A DNA stretch of 64,000 nucleotides from Octopus sinensis. Lineage: Eukaryota. Location: NCBI RefSeq assembly GCF_006345805.1, contig NC_043004.1, forward strand, positions 4,464,001-4,528,000, given 5' to 3'. Both the position numbers and the translations under genes were made by a program. The notes under the pieces were generated by a model. That model saw only the letters and a list, made by a program, of their open reading frames with translations, had not been told where the DNA came from and did no database searches. Positions 26,001 through 34,910 of this stretch are shown piece after piece (position 1 is the stretch's first letter; each line of letters starts with the position of its first letter).

Positions 26001-27616
26001 GCTAGCATGGGTTGGACAGTTCAATAGTAGCTGGTGAACCAGAGGACTACACCTAATTCCAATGTCTGCTTTCGCCTGGTTTCTACAGTTGGATGTGTAT
26101 CATAGACAGAAATATCACCAGTGTAACAGGTCAGGAAATAGAAAGACAATACCACATTGGCTAGGATAGTGTGTATCGGATATAAGTGTTTACGTGGATG
26201 TAAGAAATATCAGAAAGCAATATCTTTTCTTTTATAAACATAACAATTTATTTGTTGATGGTAAATCACACACATGTGGTAGTAGAAAAAAAACAAAACA
26301 TTATTAAGTATTAAGTATTCAAGTTAAACAAGGAGTTGTTGGCAAGAAAATATGCTCAAGGTCACAAAATACAGATTAATTCTAAGTTAGTTAAATATCA
26401 GCGATGACACAAGAAAAAGGGAATGACATTTTCAAGCAATAACAATAACATGAAAATCTTCCTTTACCTCACTAATTTGACTGTTGGAAATATCAAAGAT
26501 AGGTTCTGGATTATCTTCTGCCTATGAAAAGAAGAGATTTGCAGGTTACAAACACCTATAAAAATTTTAATACATATACACACATTTTGATATTTAACTT
26601 GACCGAGTATTACAGTGGGTGAAGTATCAGACTAAACACTTTACAGAATTTAGTCCTTTACTCCTATGTACTGAGTTCAAATCCTTTTGGAATCAAATTT
26701 TGCTTTTCTGCACCCATGGCCAATAAAATAAGTACAAGATATTTTAGTACAGTGTCAGTTTAATGTAGAAATTTCAGGACTTGTTTATGCCAGCATAAAA
26801 AAAATTGTTATTGAGGAACAATCTTCCTTTCTTATAATTGTTTCTAATAATCCATACATCTTCCCCACCTGCTATTCTTGAGGGTGTCATGGAAGTAGAC
26901 TCCTTAGGCATCTCCACTGTAGGGTCCTGTCAGAAGCAACTGTCATTAGACCTTCTGGCTGGCTTCCAAAGCATGACCAACTGAAACGCTGGTTAGTATC
27001 CAAACACCTCATTCTTGATCTACCCTTATGTCTGTTGCTGGTTGGCTCACCTTGAAGAATCTGTCATACAATTCCTTCCCATGGCACTATAATCACCTGG
27101 CCACAGTATTGGAGCTATGACCTTTCAATGTGGAGCAATAGCAGCTTGCTCTAGAGAGACCTGCAGAGACTCTCTGATCTCCGAGCTTTGCAACTTGTCA
27201 AGTAATTTTGCTCTAGAGATCCTTTGGGAGAACCCCAATTCAGCCACTGGTCTTCATGATCATACTCTTTCAGACATTACCCAACGTTCATGACCATAAT
27301 GAAGACAGGCACGAAAACCAAAACCATTTAATTCTATTAGTTAAATGAACATCACTGATAACAAGGTAAAAGGTCAAAGAAGTAAAGATAGCAAAGTGTC
27401 AAAAATACTCACTAAATGCATCTGATATTCGAACCGCCGCTTTGCTTCATCACTTTGCTTCCGGAAGAAAGACATCTTTTTATCAGTTGGGGAAGGAAGA
27501 GAGGATTTCGATTGTTTCCGAGAACTGCTTGAAGCACCTGTGTCAGTATCAAGGTCACTATCTGATGAAGAATTTTGCAAACGATCTGGTGCACATTTAC
27601 TGCGTCTCTGGCCCAT
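3396..27616 (-). CDS. LRSAM1: LRSAM1 (E3 ubiquitin ligase with LRR, coiled coil, SAM, RING); 5' part, 14 coding exons, 3'-partial (continues beyond window start)
   Basis: join(complement) 27413-27616,26468-26521,23407-23451,20330-20407,17530-17598,15122-15206,13904-14068,12674-12721,11891-12024,10817-10846,7524-7646,6558-6645,5799-5895,3396-3466 = 1291 nt, all GT-AG with compatible phases and no stop. Translation MSFFRKQSDEAKRRFEYQMHLAEDNPEPIFDISNSQISEIPSNVFSLCKVLNKEILLLHDNWLTSL... follows the recalled vertebrate LRSAM1 N-terminus ([25 protein letters not shown]...DIS..E.SEIP...CKVLQK), then LRRs, PP.EVC..GT.AI..FLC.ESG.EY.PPSQ and coiled coil. Confidence 0.93.
5174..5400. mobile_element. piggyBac-type MITE (second copy 30881-31114)
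   Basis: TIR ccctttagcatt...aatgttaaagag flanked by ttga/ttaa; similar copy at 30881-31114. Confidence 0.6.
5799..5895 (-). CDS. LRSAM1: LRSAM1 exon 13 (IEERTNRLLNNLMQMNEKARKQEELMEAIEKE)
   Basis: tgtgttccag / gtaagt, 97 nt, phase 1-2. Confidence 0.88.
6170..6540 (+). mobile_element. RTE LINE reverse-transcriptase fragment
   Basis: QFSLM..RTTKDAIF.VRQQQEKY....FVDLVKAFD..SVIWWSL (RT motif FVDLxKAFD). Confidence 0.8.
6558..6645 (-). CDS. LRSAM1: LRSAM1 exon 12, coiled coil (EQIKLNEDLAELSNKKELDRQNLVTCLED)
   Basis: ctccttcaag / gtaagt, 88 nt, phase 0-1. Confidence 0.87.
7069..7486 (+). mobile_element. tRNA-derived SINE family 1 (~400 bp, internal (TA)n)
   Basis: Head ggctgtgtggtaag...ggttcagtccc (A/B boxes), tail gaaacaagtaaaagag; >10 copies in the window. 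Confidence 0.85.
7524..7646 (-). CDS. LRSAM1: LRSAM1 exon 11, coiled coil (EKKRQERMAFNRQYEEDEKKYAKMAASALKEKDHLVSTIAQ)
   Basis: ctttgctacag / gtaggt, 123 nt, phase 0-0. Confidence 0.88.
7856..9137 (-). mobile_element. Near full-length degenerate mariner transposon in an LRSAM1 intron; transposase pseudogene 7932-8953
   Basis: TA-flanked TIRs (ttgggtcataccataagtgatg / ttaggtcgtcccataaataatg); MEVTKEHIQHILLYEFNKG, WVPYKL and YSLDIAPSDYHL motifs with in-frame stops. Confidence 0.92.
9467..9616 (+). mobile_element. hAT (Charlie-like) MITE, 5' part, truncated by a SINE
   Basis: cagggctagccaac TIR after gtctagtg; homologous to 54366-54771. Confidence 0.75.
9820..10610 (+). mobile_element. hAT transposon 3' fragment (dimerisation domain plus 3' end)
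   Basis: LFIKFNTANPSSAAVERLLSVGKDIL is the hAT C-terminal motif; subterminal gttaac repeats ending gtgcccacctttg. Confidence 0.75.
10817..10846 (-). CDS. LRSAM1: LRSAM1 exon 10, 30-nt microexon (QDIEKYANLQ)
   Basis: cttttacttacag / gtgagt, phase 0-0. Confidence 0.8.
11346..11590 (-). mobile_element. Hammerhead-SINE family A, truncated inverted copy
   Basis: Same body as 29458-29951; TSD tatgtgtgtatt(a) at 11333-11345 / 11591-11603. Confidence 0.75.
11891..12024 (-). CDS. LRSAM1: LRSAM1 exon 9 (ESGEEYIPPSQFLLQVLDSSEKK...LLQEDALMM)
   Basis: ctttcatcag / gtcagt, 134 nt, phase 1-0; resembles ESGLEYYPPSQYLL of vertebrate LRSAM1. Confidence 0.88.
12674..12721 (-). CDS. LRSAM1: LRSAM1 exon 8 (EVCSQGTEAIMKFLCS)
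   Basis: cattttacag / gtgaga, 48 nt, LRR C-cap motif. Confidence 0.9.
12948..13050. repeat. (AAT)n/(ACT)n microsatellite
   Basis: Direct reading. Confidence 0.95.
13596..13736. repeat. (GAA)n microsatellite, ~140 bp
   Basis: Direct reading. Confidence 0.97.
13904..14068 (-). CDS. LRSAM1: LRSAM1 exon 7, LRRs (GNKLKEIPTSLCNLSSLRTLDLSNNQLTNLPTELWKLRALENLLVDAANMVHPPA)
   Basis: tattgcag / gtaaga, 165 nt, phase 1-1; overlaps ORF 13878..14093. Confidence 0.94.
14281..14665 (-). mobile_element. SINE family 1
   Basis: Reverse complement of the 7069-7486 family. Confidence 0.85.
15122..15206 (-). CDS. LRSAM1: LRSAM1 exon 6, LRR (VLNLEGNKLKKIPESIGNLKFLQSLNLK)
   Basis: ctctcttctag / gtaatt, 85 nt, phase 0-1. 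Confidence 0.92.
17530..17598 (-). CDS. LRSAM1: LRSAM1 exon 5, LRR (VLDAHNNSIKHLPENIDQVRSLQ)
   Basis: tttactcccag / gtaaat, 69 nt = one 23-aa LRR. Confidence 0.92.
17812..18175 (-). mobile_element. SINE family 1
   Basis: Same family, with an internal deletion. Confidence 0.85.
20330..20407 (-). CDS. LRSAM1: LRSAM1 exon 4, LRR (ILLLHDNWLTSLKAGDCGMSDLVKIR)
   Basis: tcacttcag / gtaagt, 78 nt, LxLxxNxL motif. Confidence 0.92.
21512..21880 (-). mobile_element. SINE family 1
   Basis: Same family. Confidence 0.8.
22475..22785 (+). mobile_element. CR1-type LINE 3' fragment
   Basis: TRGHVYKV...FTFRVAEAWNKLPASVV matches the CR1 ORF2 C-terminal motif; related 3' tail also at ~3230-3350. Confidence 0.75.
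22790..23209 (-). mobile_element. SINE family 1 (young copy)
   Basis: Same family, CpGs intact. Confidence 0.88.
23407..23451 (-). CDS. LRSAM1: LRSAM1 exon 3 (IPSNVFSLCKVLNKE)
   Basis: tatttccag / gtaaga, 45 nt, phase 0-0. Confidence 0.9.
23651..24028. repeat. Polypurine low-complexity tract
   Basis: Almost pure G/A on the + strand. Confidence 0.9.
26468..26521 (-). CDS. LRSAM1: LRSAM1 exon 2 (AEDNPEPIFDISNSQISE)
   Basis: cttttcatag / gtaaag, 54 nt, phase 0-0. Confidence 0.9.
27413..27616 (-). CDS. LRSAM1: LRSAM1 coding exon 1 (MGQRRSK...FEYQMHL); exon acceptor boundary at 27631, 15 nt 5' UTR
   Basis: Acceptor cttttacgcag, in-frame TGA 9 nt upstream of ATG (aagagtATGG), donor gtgagt, phase 0. 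Confidence 0.88.
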
Positions 27617-28067
27617 ACTCTTTCACAGCAACTGCGTAAAAGACATGTAAAAAATAAATACACTAAAATAACATTGAGATACACTAAACTAATTACTCAA
27701 TGTAAATGATTGGCTTAAAAGAATGCCTTTGGTTAAAAAAAAAACCCAAAAGACAACAAAACAATTAATGTATCTTGGGAACAGGATTTCTTTCATTTCT
27801 TTTAGTTGTTTCAGTCGTTGGACTGTGGCCATGCTGGAGCACCACCTTGAATAGTTTTGTCAAAAAAAAAAAAAGCCTGATACTTATGCTATCAGTCACA
27901 TTTGCTGAACAGCTAAATTATAGGGATATAAATAAGCCAACAGCAAGTGTCAAGTGGTGGAGCAGTGAGAGGACAAACACACACATGGACATCTATCTAT
28001 CTCTATATATATTATATATAACAAAGTAAAGTTGTAAGGTACCGCACAAGTGGGAATATATATGCAA

Positions 28068-28338
28068 GAAGGTTTGAAAATGCAATTTTAAAGATGTTTA
28101 TTGACTTGACCGGTTTCAATTTTTTAGAAAAAGATCGTCAAAAGTAAAATGTAAAGCTTTGTATGATCTTTGTTGTGTTAAGTACTGGTTATCACAAAAG
28201 TATCAAAATACGGTTATACATTCTTTGATAATAATAATAAAATACAAAGCTTTACATTTTACTTTTGACAATCTTTTTCTCAAAAAGTGAAACCAATCAA
28301 GTCAATAAACATCTTTAAAATTGAATTTTCAAACCTTC
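28068..28338. repeat. Inverted repeat (arms 28068-28164 / 28242-28338) with degenerate hammerhead-like motifs (family B)
   Basis: Arms are reverse-complementary; minus arm reads ACTT-TTGACGA-T-CTTTTT..AAAAA-TT-GAAACCGGTC-AAGT. Confidence 0.6.
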
Positions 28339-29538
28339 CTTCTTTCCTTCTTTCTTTCTTTCATTCATTCATTCATACATACATACATTACATACATACA
28401 TACATTCATACATACATGGATGTATATATGATAGGTGCATAGTTCAGTGCTTAGAACATTGGGTTTACAATCACAAGGTAGTGAGTTCAATTCCTGGACC
28501 AGGTTGTGAGTTGTGCTCTTGAACAAGACACTTTATTTCATGTTGCTCCACTTCACTCAGCTGCAGGAATGAGTTGTGACTTCACCAGTGCCAAGCTGAA
28601 TCAGCATTTGCCTTTCCCCTGGATAACATTGGTGGCATGGAGAGGGTAAGGCCGGGTTGCATGGGCAATTGCTGGTTTTCCATAAACAACCTTGCCTGGA
28701 TTTGTACATCGGTGGGGAACTTTCTAGGTGCAATCCTATGTTCATTCATGACTGAAGAGGGGAGGAGGGGTCTTTACTCTTTACCCCATATGATAGGCTT
28801 CCACACAGTTTCCATCTACCAAATTCACTCATCATAAGTCATCAGTCAGCCTAGGGCTACAACAGAAGACACTAGCTCAAGGTGCCACATAGTAAGACTG
28901 AACCTGAAACAACATGGTTACAAAGCAAACTTCTTAATGACACAGCCATGCCTGCACCTACAATAGTCATGAACACATTTTTATGTAATTGGAATAGTTG
29001 TGACCAATGAACCAAATGTTATATATTTTACCTGAATCCCAGGTGTGGCATATAAGCACATTGCTGTCATACAAAAGACATACAAATGTGTTTATAAACT
29101 TCCTTTTAGTATAGATGTAGTAAACAAGTAGCATTACATAACTTGTGAAATTACTGAATAAGGAGGACTTTCCATCAGTGTGATGAGATTTTGTTAATAG
29201 AGTAACTACAACGTATAAATAACTGCAGCAGGCCTTGACCTTATGTGGCTTGTCTTGGCTTGACTTAATGAGAAAAAAAAACGCCAGTAGGAAGTAGCTA
29301 AAGATAACAGTAGATAAGGGACTGAATTAACTGATAGACAGCAAGCCAAGAGTTAATTACTAGATGACCTCTTTTACAAACAGTGACAAGTGATATAGTA
29401 TATAGTTTCTTGCTTCAAGTAATTTCTCTGATAGCTTCTAGAAGGAAAATAAATCATACGGTTCTATATTTAAGAGATGAGGAATTATGTACATTATTTA
29501 CATTCAACGGATATTTTGTCCTCATCTTGTTTGTTGTT

Positions 29539-29584
29539 AACACAACGTTTCGGCTGATATACTCTCCAGCCTTCATCAGGTGTC
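29539..29584 (-). ncRNA. Minimal type-I hammerhead ribozyme motif
   Basis: GACAC CUGAUGA A GGCUG(GAGAGUAUAU)CAGCC GAAAC GUU GUGUU: stem I GACAC/GUGUU, 5-bp stem II, palindromic AACGUU stem III. Confidence 0.8.
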
Positions 29585-29851
29585 TTGGGGAAATTTCGAA
29601 CCTGGGTTCTCATTCCTAACGTATTTTTCGATGTTATCATCATTATTATTATTATTATTATTATTGTTAAGGTCACTGCTTGGAATTGAACTCGGAATCT
29701 TAGGGTTAGTATCCCGTGCTCTTAACAACTATGCCATATGCGTTCAATTCCAAGTAGTGACCTGGACAATAACAATAACAACAACAACAACAATAATAAT
29801 AACATCGAAAAATACCTTAGGAATGAGAACCCAGGTTCGAAATTTCCCCAA

Positions 29852-29897
29852 GACACCTGAAGAAGGCCGGAGGGTATATCAGCCGAAACGTTGTGTT
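29852..29897 (+). ncRNA. Minimal type-I hammerhead ribozyme motif
   Basis: GACAC CUGAAGA A GGCCG(GAGGGUAUAU)CAGCC GAAAC GUU GUGUU. Confidence 0.75.
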
Positions 29898-32800
29898 AAC
29901 AACAAACAAGATGAGGACAAATATCCATTGAATGTAAATAATGTAAATAATGAAAATAAATCATGTTCACCATTTTCATGCCAGTTTTTAGCACTGGATT
30001 TTCCCACTCCTATTTATGAAAGCTTCATGCTACCACAGTTGATTAAGCACCTAATCAGTCCTAACTGAACAGATCTATGATCAATCTAGCCTTGACCATC
30101 TTGTCTCTTGATTTCTTGTTGGCCCACGCCTCACACAATGTCTTCAAAAGGTACCAACCAAAGAATATTCATCGAAGATACTGGGCCCCACAGAATTTTG
30201 TATAAATATTACACTGACTCCTCCAACAAGGCCCTCAATCAATTTTCCTTACCTTATTTAAGAAAAAAAAAGGAAAGAAAATGGCTCCAATCCACTTGGG
30301 AGAAGTCAACCTGCAAAAGATTGGCAATGTATGTATGGGGTTAAGGAAATTTAATCACTCAGCCACTCAATACAATGAATATCAAGACAACCAGTGAGCA
30401 TGGCCTTCTGAGGCCCTTCAGACCGGCGGTGATTGTGGTGGTGGTGGCGGTGGCAGTGAGGTTATGAGAGTCATCATCACAATAACTGAATAGTCAATTT
30501 AGTTGATATTAAATTAAAGATACAGGTGAAAAATAAGCAAAAAAAACCAAAAAAACCCAGAAATATTCAAACCTGGAAAGCTAGGATTGAAGAGCGTTTA
30601 CTCTGGAGTGACGTAAGTGATCAATGTATTGATTCTGTTTAAGGTGAAATTGATAAACTCATGGCAGTAGAGGTCATTTTAGCTACAGTAGAAGCAGCAG
30701 ATGGAAGAGCTAATAATCAGGTGGGCATTCTCCATCTGCCCTTTCTGCTGGAAATACCTAATGGACTATGACTTCCCAAGCTGTTTCGACGTGGAACCAT
30801 TTCACAATTTTCCAAAGATTATGGAAAAACCATGCCTATATTTTATGGAAAACACTACTACTCTAATTTTAATAATTGCTGTAATCCTTTAGCCTTCAGG
30901 TTACTCTGTCAAATGTAAATACTTATTTATCCACATTGTTTTGAATTAATTGTGCATATGTTATCTTGTAACTTTGAGATTTTGGTGATGTGATTGTGTA
31001 CTTTTAGACTGACATTGTAAGGTAGGTGGGAGAGGTTGGATCTGATCAATTTGAGCATAAAAACAAGTAGAATATTTGGACTGGATATGACTGGTTTAAA
31101 TTCTAATGGGTTAAAGAGAAAATTTATTTACATAAAAAGACATATGATAACATTATTTTGACAATGGTGAATATGAATTTCTTACAAAATAAATTTTTAT
31201 TAAATTTCAGTAAAGTCTGAATTTTTTTATGGAATCCATTTTGGGAAACACTATACCAGTCTATTAGTTGTTCCATCTGCATGTTCTTCTGAAACTAAAA
31301 TGACCTCTACTTCGCTGTTTAGGTAAGGGCTTTTTTTTTTTTTGATGAATTTGAATATGTGTGTATGAAGTAGGTGCATTACTTCCAACAATTAATCATG
31401 CAAATTTACTATTTTTTTCAGAGTCACTCAACAAATGTAAGCATCTAAATATGTACAAAAAACAAATAAGCACTGTTCATGTTGGGAATTATAAAACAGC
31501 AGAAGACTACAATAACAGCAACAACAACAACACATCAAACAAAGTATTGTTAGGTAGTCACTAATTGTAACAACAAAAACCAACACGGCAGGAAAGAAAT
31601 TAATAGTTAAGAAAAATTATTCAGTTTCTCCTTTTGTTTTTATTTACCATTTAGTTAGGAAAAGGACAACAGCTCTGAAGCCTTTATTTAAAATTTTTTT
31701 TAGGCCCTCCATGATAAGAAGGATGAACGTAGTCAGCTATCATCAAACTGGACACTTGGCCTAAATTCTTGCAGTGGAGAGAACTCTGCTAAAAGCACAT
31801 AAAAGGACCCAAAGTGGTAATATTAAATTCACAGAGGGATTAAACTAAAAACTCAAAATAAATACCACGATGCATCCTATCTAACAATTCCACTTATCCA
31901 CTGCCCTGGATTTGGAGGGACTTTATTTTATTAAACTCATAAAGACAAATGGCAAATGTATGCATCTGTATATTAGATTTCTGTTAGCTCCAACAAGTGT
32001 GACTGATTGAGTGGTTTGGTAAATAAGGGCTGACATGGGACTCAGCAACAACCTATAATAGAGCTTAGTTGAAGCTATGATAGCCCCTGGATTTGAACCC
32101 AGAATTGTCAGGTAACTAGCAACATATCAATTAACTAGTAAAAATCACCAGTGAACTGTTTCTTATGCTTTATAAATAATTTTTGTTATGTAGACCAAGG
32201 TTAGAAATGGCACTGCCTATGGTCAAATGTCACTCAAATACCTCACCTTCAAATTGCTGGACCAGTTCCTTTCTTCTAAAGGTACAAGGCCTGAAATTTG
32301 AGGAGAGGGGACTAGTTGATTATATTGAGCCCAGTGTTTCACTGGTACTTAATTTATCGACTCCAAAAGGATGAAAGGCAAAGTCAATCTTGGCAGAATT
32401 TGAACTTGCTGGACTGGTTCCTTATCCGTTCAGACATTAAGATTATAATGTAAGCCAACAAGAACAAAAGCATTTTAAACAAAACAACAATTTCTGGGAG
32501 GCTTTATTTTTATTGTAAGCAATATTCTGGAACAGACAATTGCTGACACAATGACTACAACAGTTATACCAATTAAATTTTATAGTGAAACATCTGAGAG
32601 GAGGACAGCACTTTCATTATTGTGACAGAAATTACATGGAAAGTCCTAATTCTGAAAGCTTTCATAAGAAACGTATTAACATTCAACTATTCATTAGATG
32701 TTTGTGGTCAATTAAGAAATGGTAATTAGAAATAAATGGTAACTAAGTTGTTTTTTACAGTAGAGAGAAATCGTCATTCATTAAGAACTGTAACTTAGTA

Positions 32801-34507
32801 ACACAATCTGCATGAAAAAACAAATGGTCAAGTTATTGTAAACACATTTAATATGTGCAGTATAAAAATTTTAACAATAAATTAAGTACTATTTTTTATG
32901 TTGATAGCATATCTGAATTATTCTCCACACAATTCTGTATATTTTTATGTTAATCATTGTACAATATGGTATGTTTATTTAGTGACACATCAGTAGCAAG
33001 CAGCATATAATGCCCCATATTCCATGCTAGCATGGCTTGGACAATACGACAGAGAGCTATGCTGAGCTCCGATGTCTGTTTTGCCATGGTTTTTACACCT
33101 GGATGTCCTTCCTAACACCAGCCACTTTACAAAGTGCACTGAGTGCTTTTCATGTGGTGCCTGCACAAGTGAGGTCACCAAGTACTCACAAGAGAAGACC
33201 CCACCCACACTCAGTTGAGAGGGGTATAGTAATGAGGGATGTGAAAGTATGATAGCACAGGAGCAGGTGTCTTGCTGAAGAAGTGAATACATAGCTTCCT
33301 CAGCTAGAGAGAGAGAGAGAGGGGGGAGGAGAGAAGGAAATGAGAGTGTACCTTCGAGGTACAAGATGAATATGAGAGAGAGAGAATAGAGAGGAACAGG
33401 TAAGTTGGATGGGTAGGTAAGTACACTCGAGTGTGACAAATCATCATATAACCAACTGGTACTCTGTTGGTTACAACAACGAAGGTCCCAGTTGATACAA
33501 TAAAAGGAACAGCTAGCTTGCAAAATGTGTAAGTGGCATTTGGGGGGGCATCTAACTGTAAAAACCATGCCAAAACTGACCTCGCTCGTGCTGGTGCCAT
33601 GTAAAAAGCACTCAGTGGTGTGTGTTAGGAAGGGCATCCAGCCATAAAAATCTGGCCAAAACAGACACAGTAGCCTGGGACAGTCTCCTATCTGGCCAGC
33701 TCCTGTCAACCACCCTACCTATGCATGCATAGAAGATGGATGTTAAATGATGATGATGATGATGATGATTATCATCATCATTTAACAACCGTTTTCCATG
33801 CTATGGTTTGACAAAACCAGAAGCTCTTATGTCTGCTGTGGCATGGTTTCTACAGCTGGATGGCCTTCCTAAAGCTGATTACTTCAAAGAATGCACTAGA
33901 TGCTTTTTATGAGGCACCAGCTCCAGTGAACTCACCAAGTAAGTTGCAAGACAATTCCCCTCAACTATTGAGGGAGGTTAAGAAATGTATTGGCATCTTG
34001 CAGAAGAGGAGATACATGGAACAGAAAGAAGATAGTGGCGAAGAGATGTCAGGAAGATGAACATTAGAGAAGTGGTCCAGAGAACTGGGTAGAGTGAATG
34101 GGTACGTAAGATTGTGAGAATGTGAAAGAAAAGTGGCATATGGATAGAGACGGACATAGAAGTGAATGCAGTGAATGGTGAACACAATAAATAAAGTCAG
34201 TGTTTGGTTCCATACAACATAAGCTACAAACCATGATATGGAAGTGTTGCCTTCACTAAAATGTTATGATGAGGAAAAAAGTTGACATTCATTCTTGTGG
34301 TCAATTGTCCAGTTTCAATCTTCAAAAACAATAGACGTTTCAATCTTTTTGTAACTGATTTTAACAAGAACAAACTGTGTCTTTGTTTCAATTAAGTTTC
34401 AAAATAACCAAATAGTTAAAGATTTTTAGTAAAATAACGGTAACAGTGTTTTTATTTACTGGTTAAACTAAGTTGCTGTCAAGAACAATTTATGAAAAGG
34501 TTCTTAT

Positions 34508-34910
34508 AGGTGCAGGAATGGCTGTGTGGTAAGTAGCTTGCTTTCCAACCACATGGTTCCGGGTTTGGTCCCACTGTGTGGCATTTTGGGCAAGTGTCTT
34601 CTACTATAGCCTTGGGCTGACCAAAGCCTTGTGAGTGGATTTGGTAGACAGAAACTGAAAGAAGCCTGTCGTATATATACATATACATATATGTGTGGTT
34701 GTGTGTCTGTGTTTGTCCCCCCAACATCGCTTAACAGCCGATGGTGGTGTGTTTATGTCCCCGTAACTTAGCGGTTCGGCAAAAGAGACTGATAGAATAA
34801 GTACTGGGCTTACAAAGAATAAGTCCTGGGGTTGATTTGCCCGACTAAAGGCGGTGCTCCAGCATGGCCGCAGTCAAATGACTGAAACAAGTAAAAGAGT
34901 AAAAGAGAGT
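34508..34910 (+). mobile_element. SINE family 1
   Basis: Same family, full length. Confidence 0.88.

Larger units (their letters stand above)
29458..29951. mobile_element. Family A element: head-to-head inverted tRNA-headed, hammerhead-bearing retroelement
   Basis: 13-bp TSD gaaaataaatcat (29445-57 / 29952-64); tRNA-like head 29670-29741(-); two hammerhead motifs. Confidence 0.85.

Noticed and set aside
28640-28750. Possible HDV-like ribozyme in a SINE 3' part (GGGCAA.../TTGCCT GG)
   Set aside because: P3 loop too long and P2/P1.1 could not be assigned by eye.
29580-30068. 162-aa ORF (similar ORF at 58404-58847)
   Set aside because: Chance reading through the family A inverted repeat and ATT/AAC tracts.
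30573-30690. Possible alternative LRSAM1 5' exon (CAG|GTTTGA donor)
   Set aside because: Weak donor, stops in the frames examined, no supporting evidence.
32990-33709. Longest ORF in the track (239 aa)
   Set aside because: Runs through RTE-tail repeats and a (GA)n tract; no domain and no splice context.
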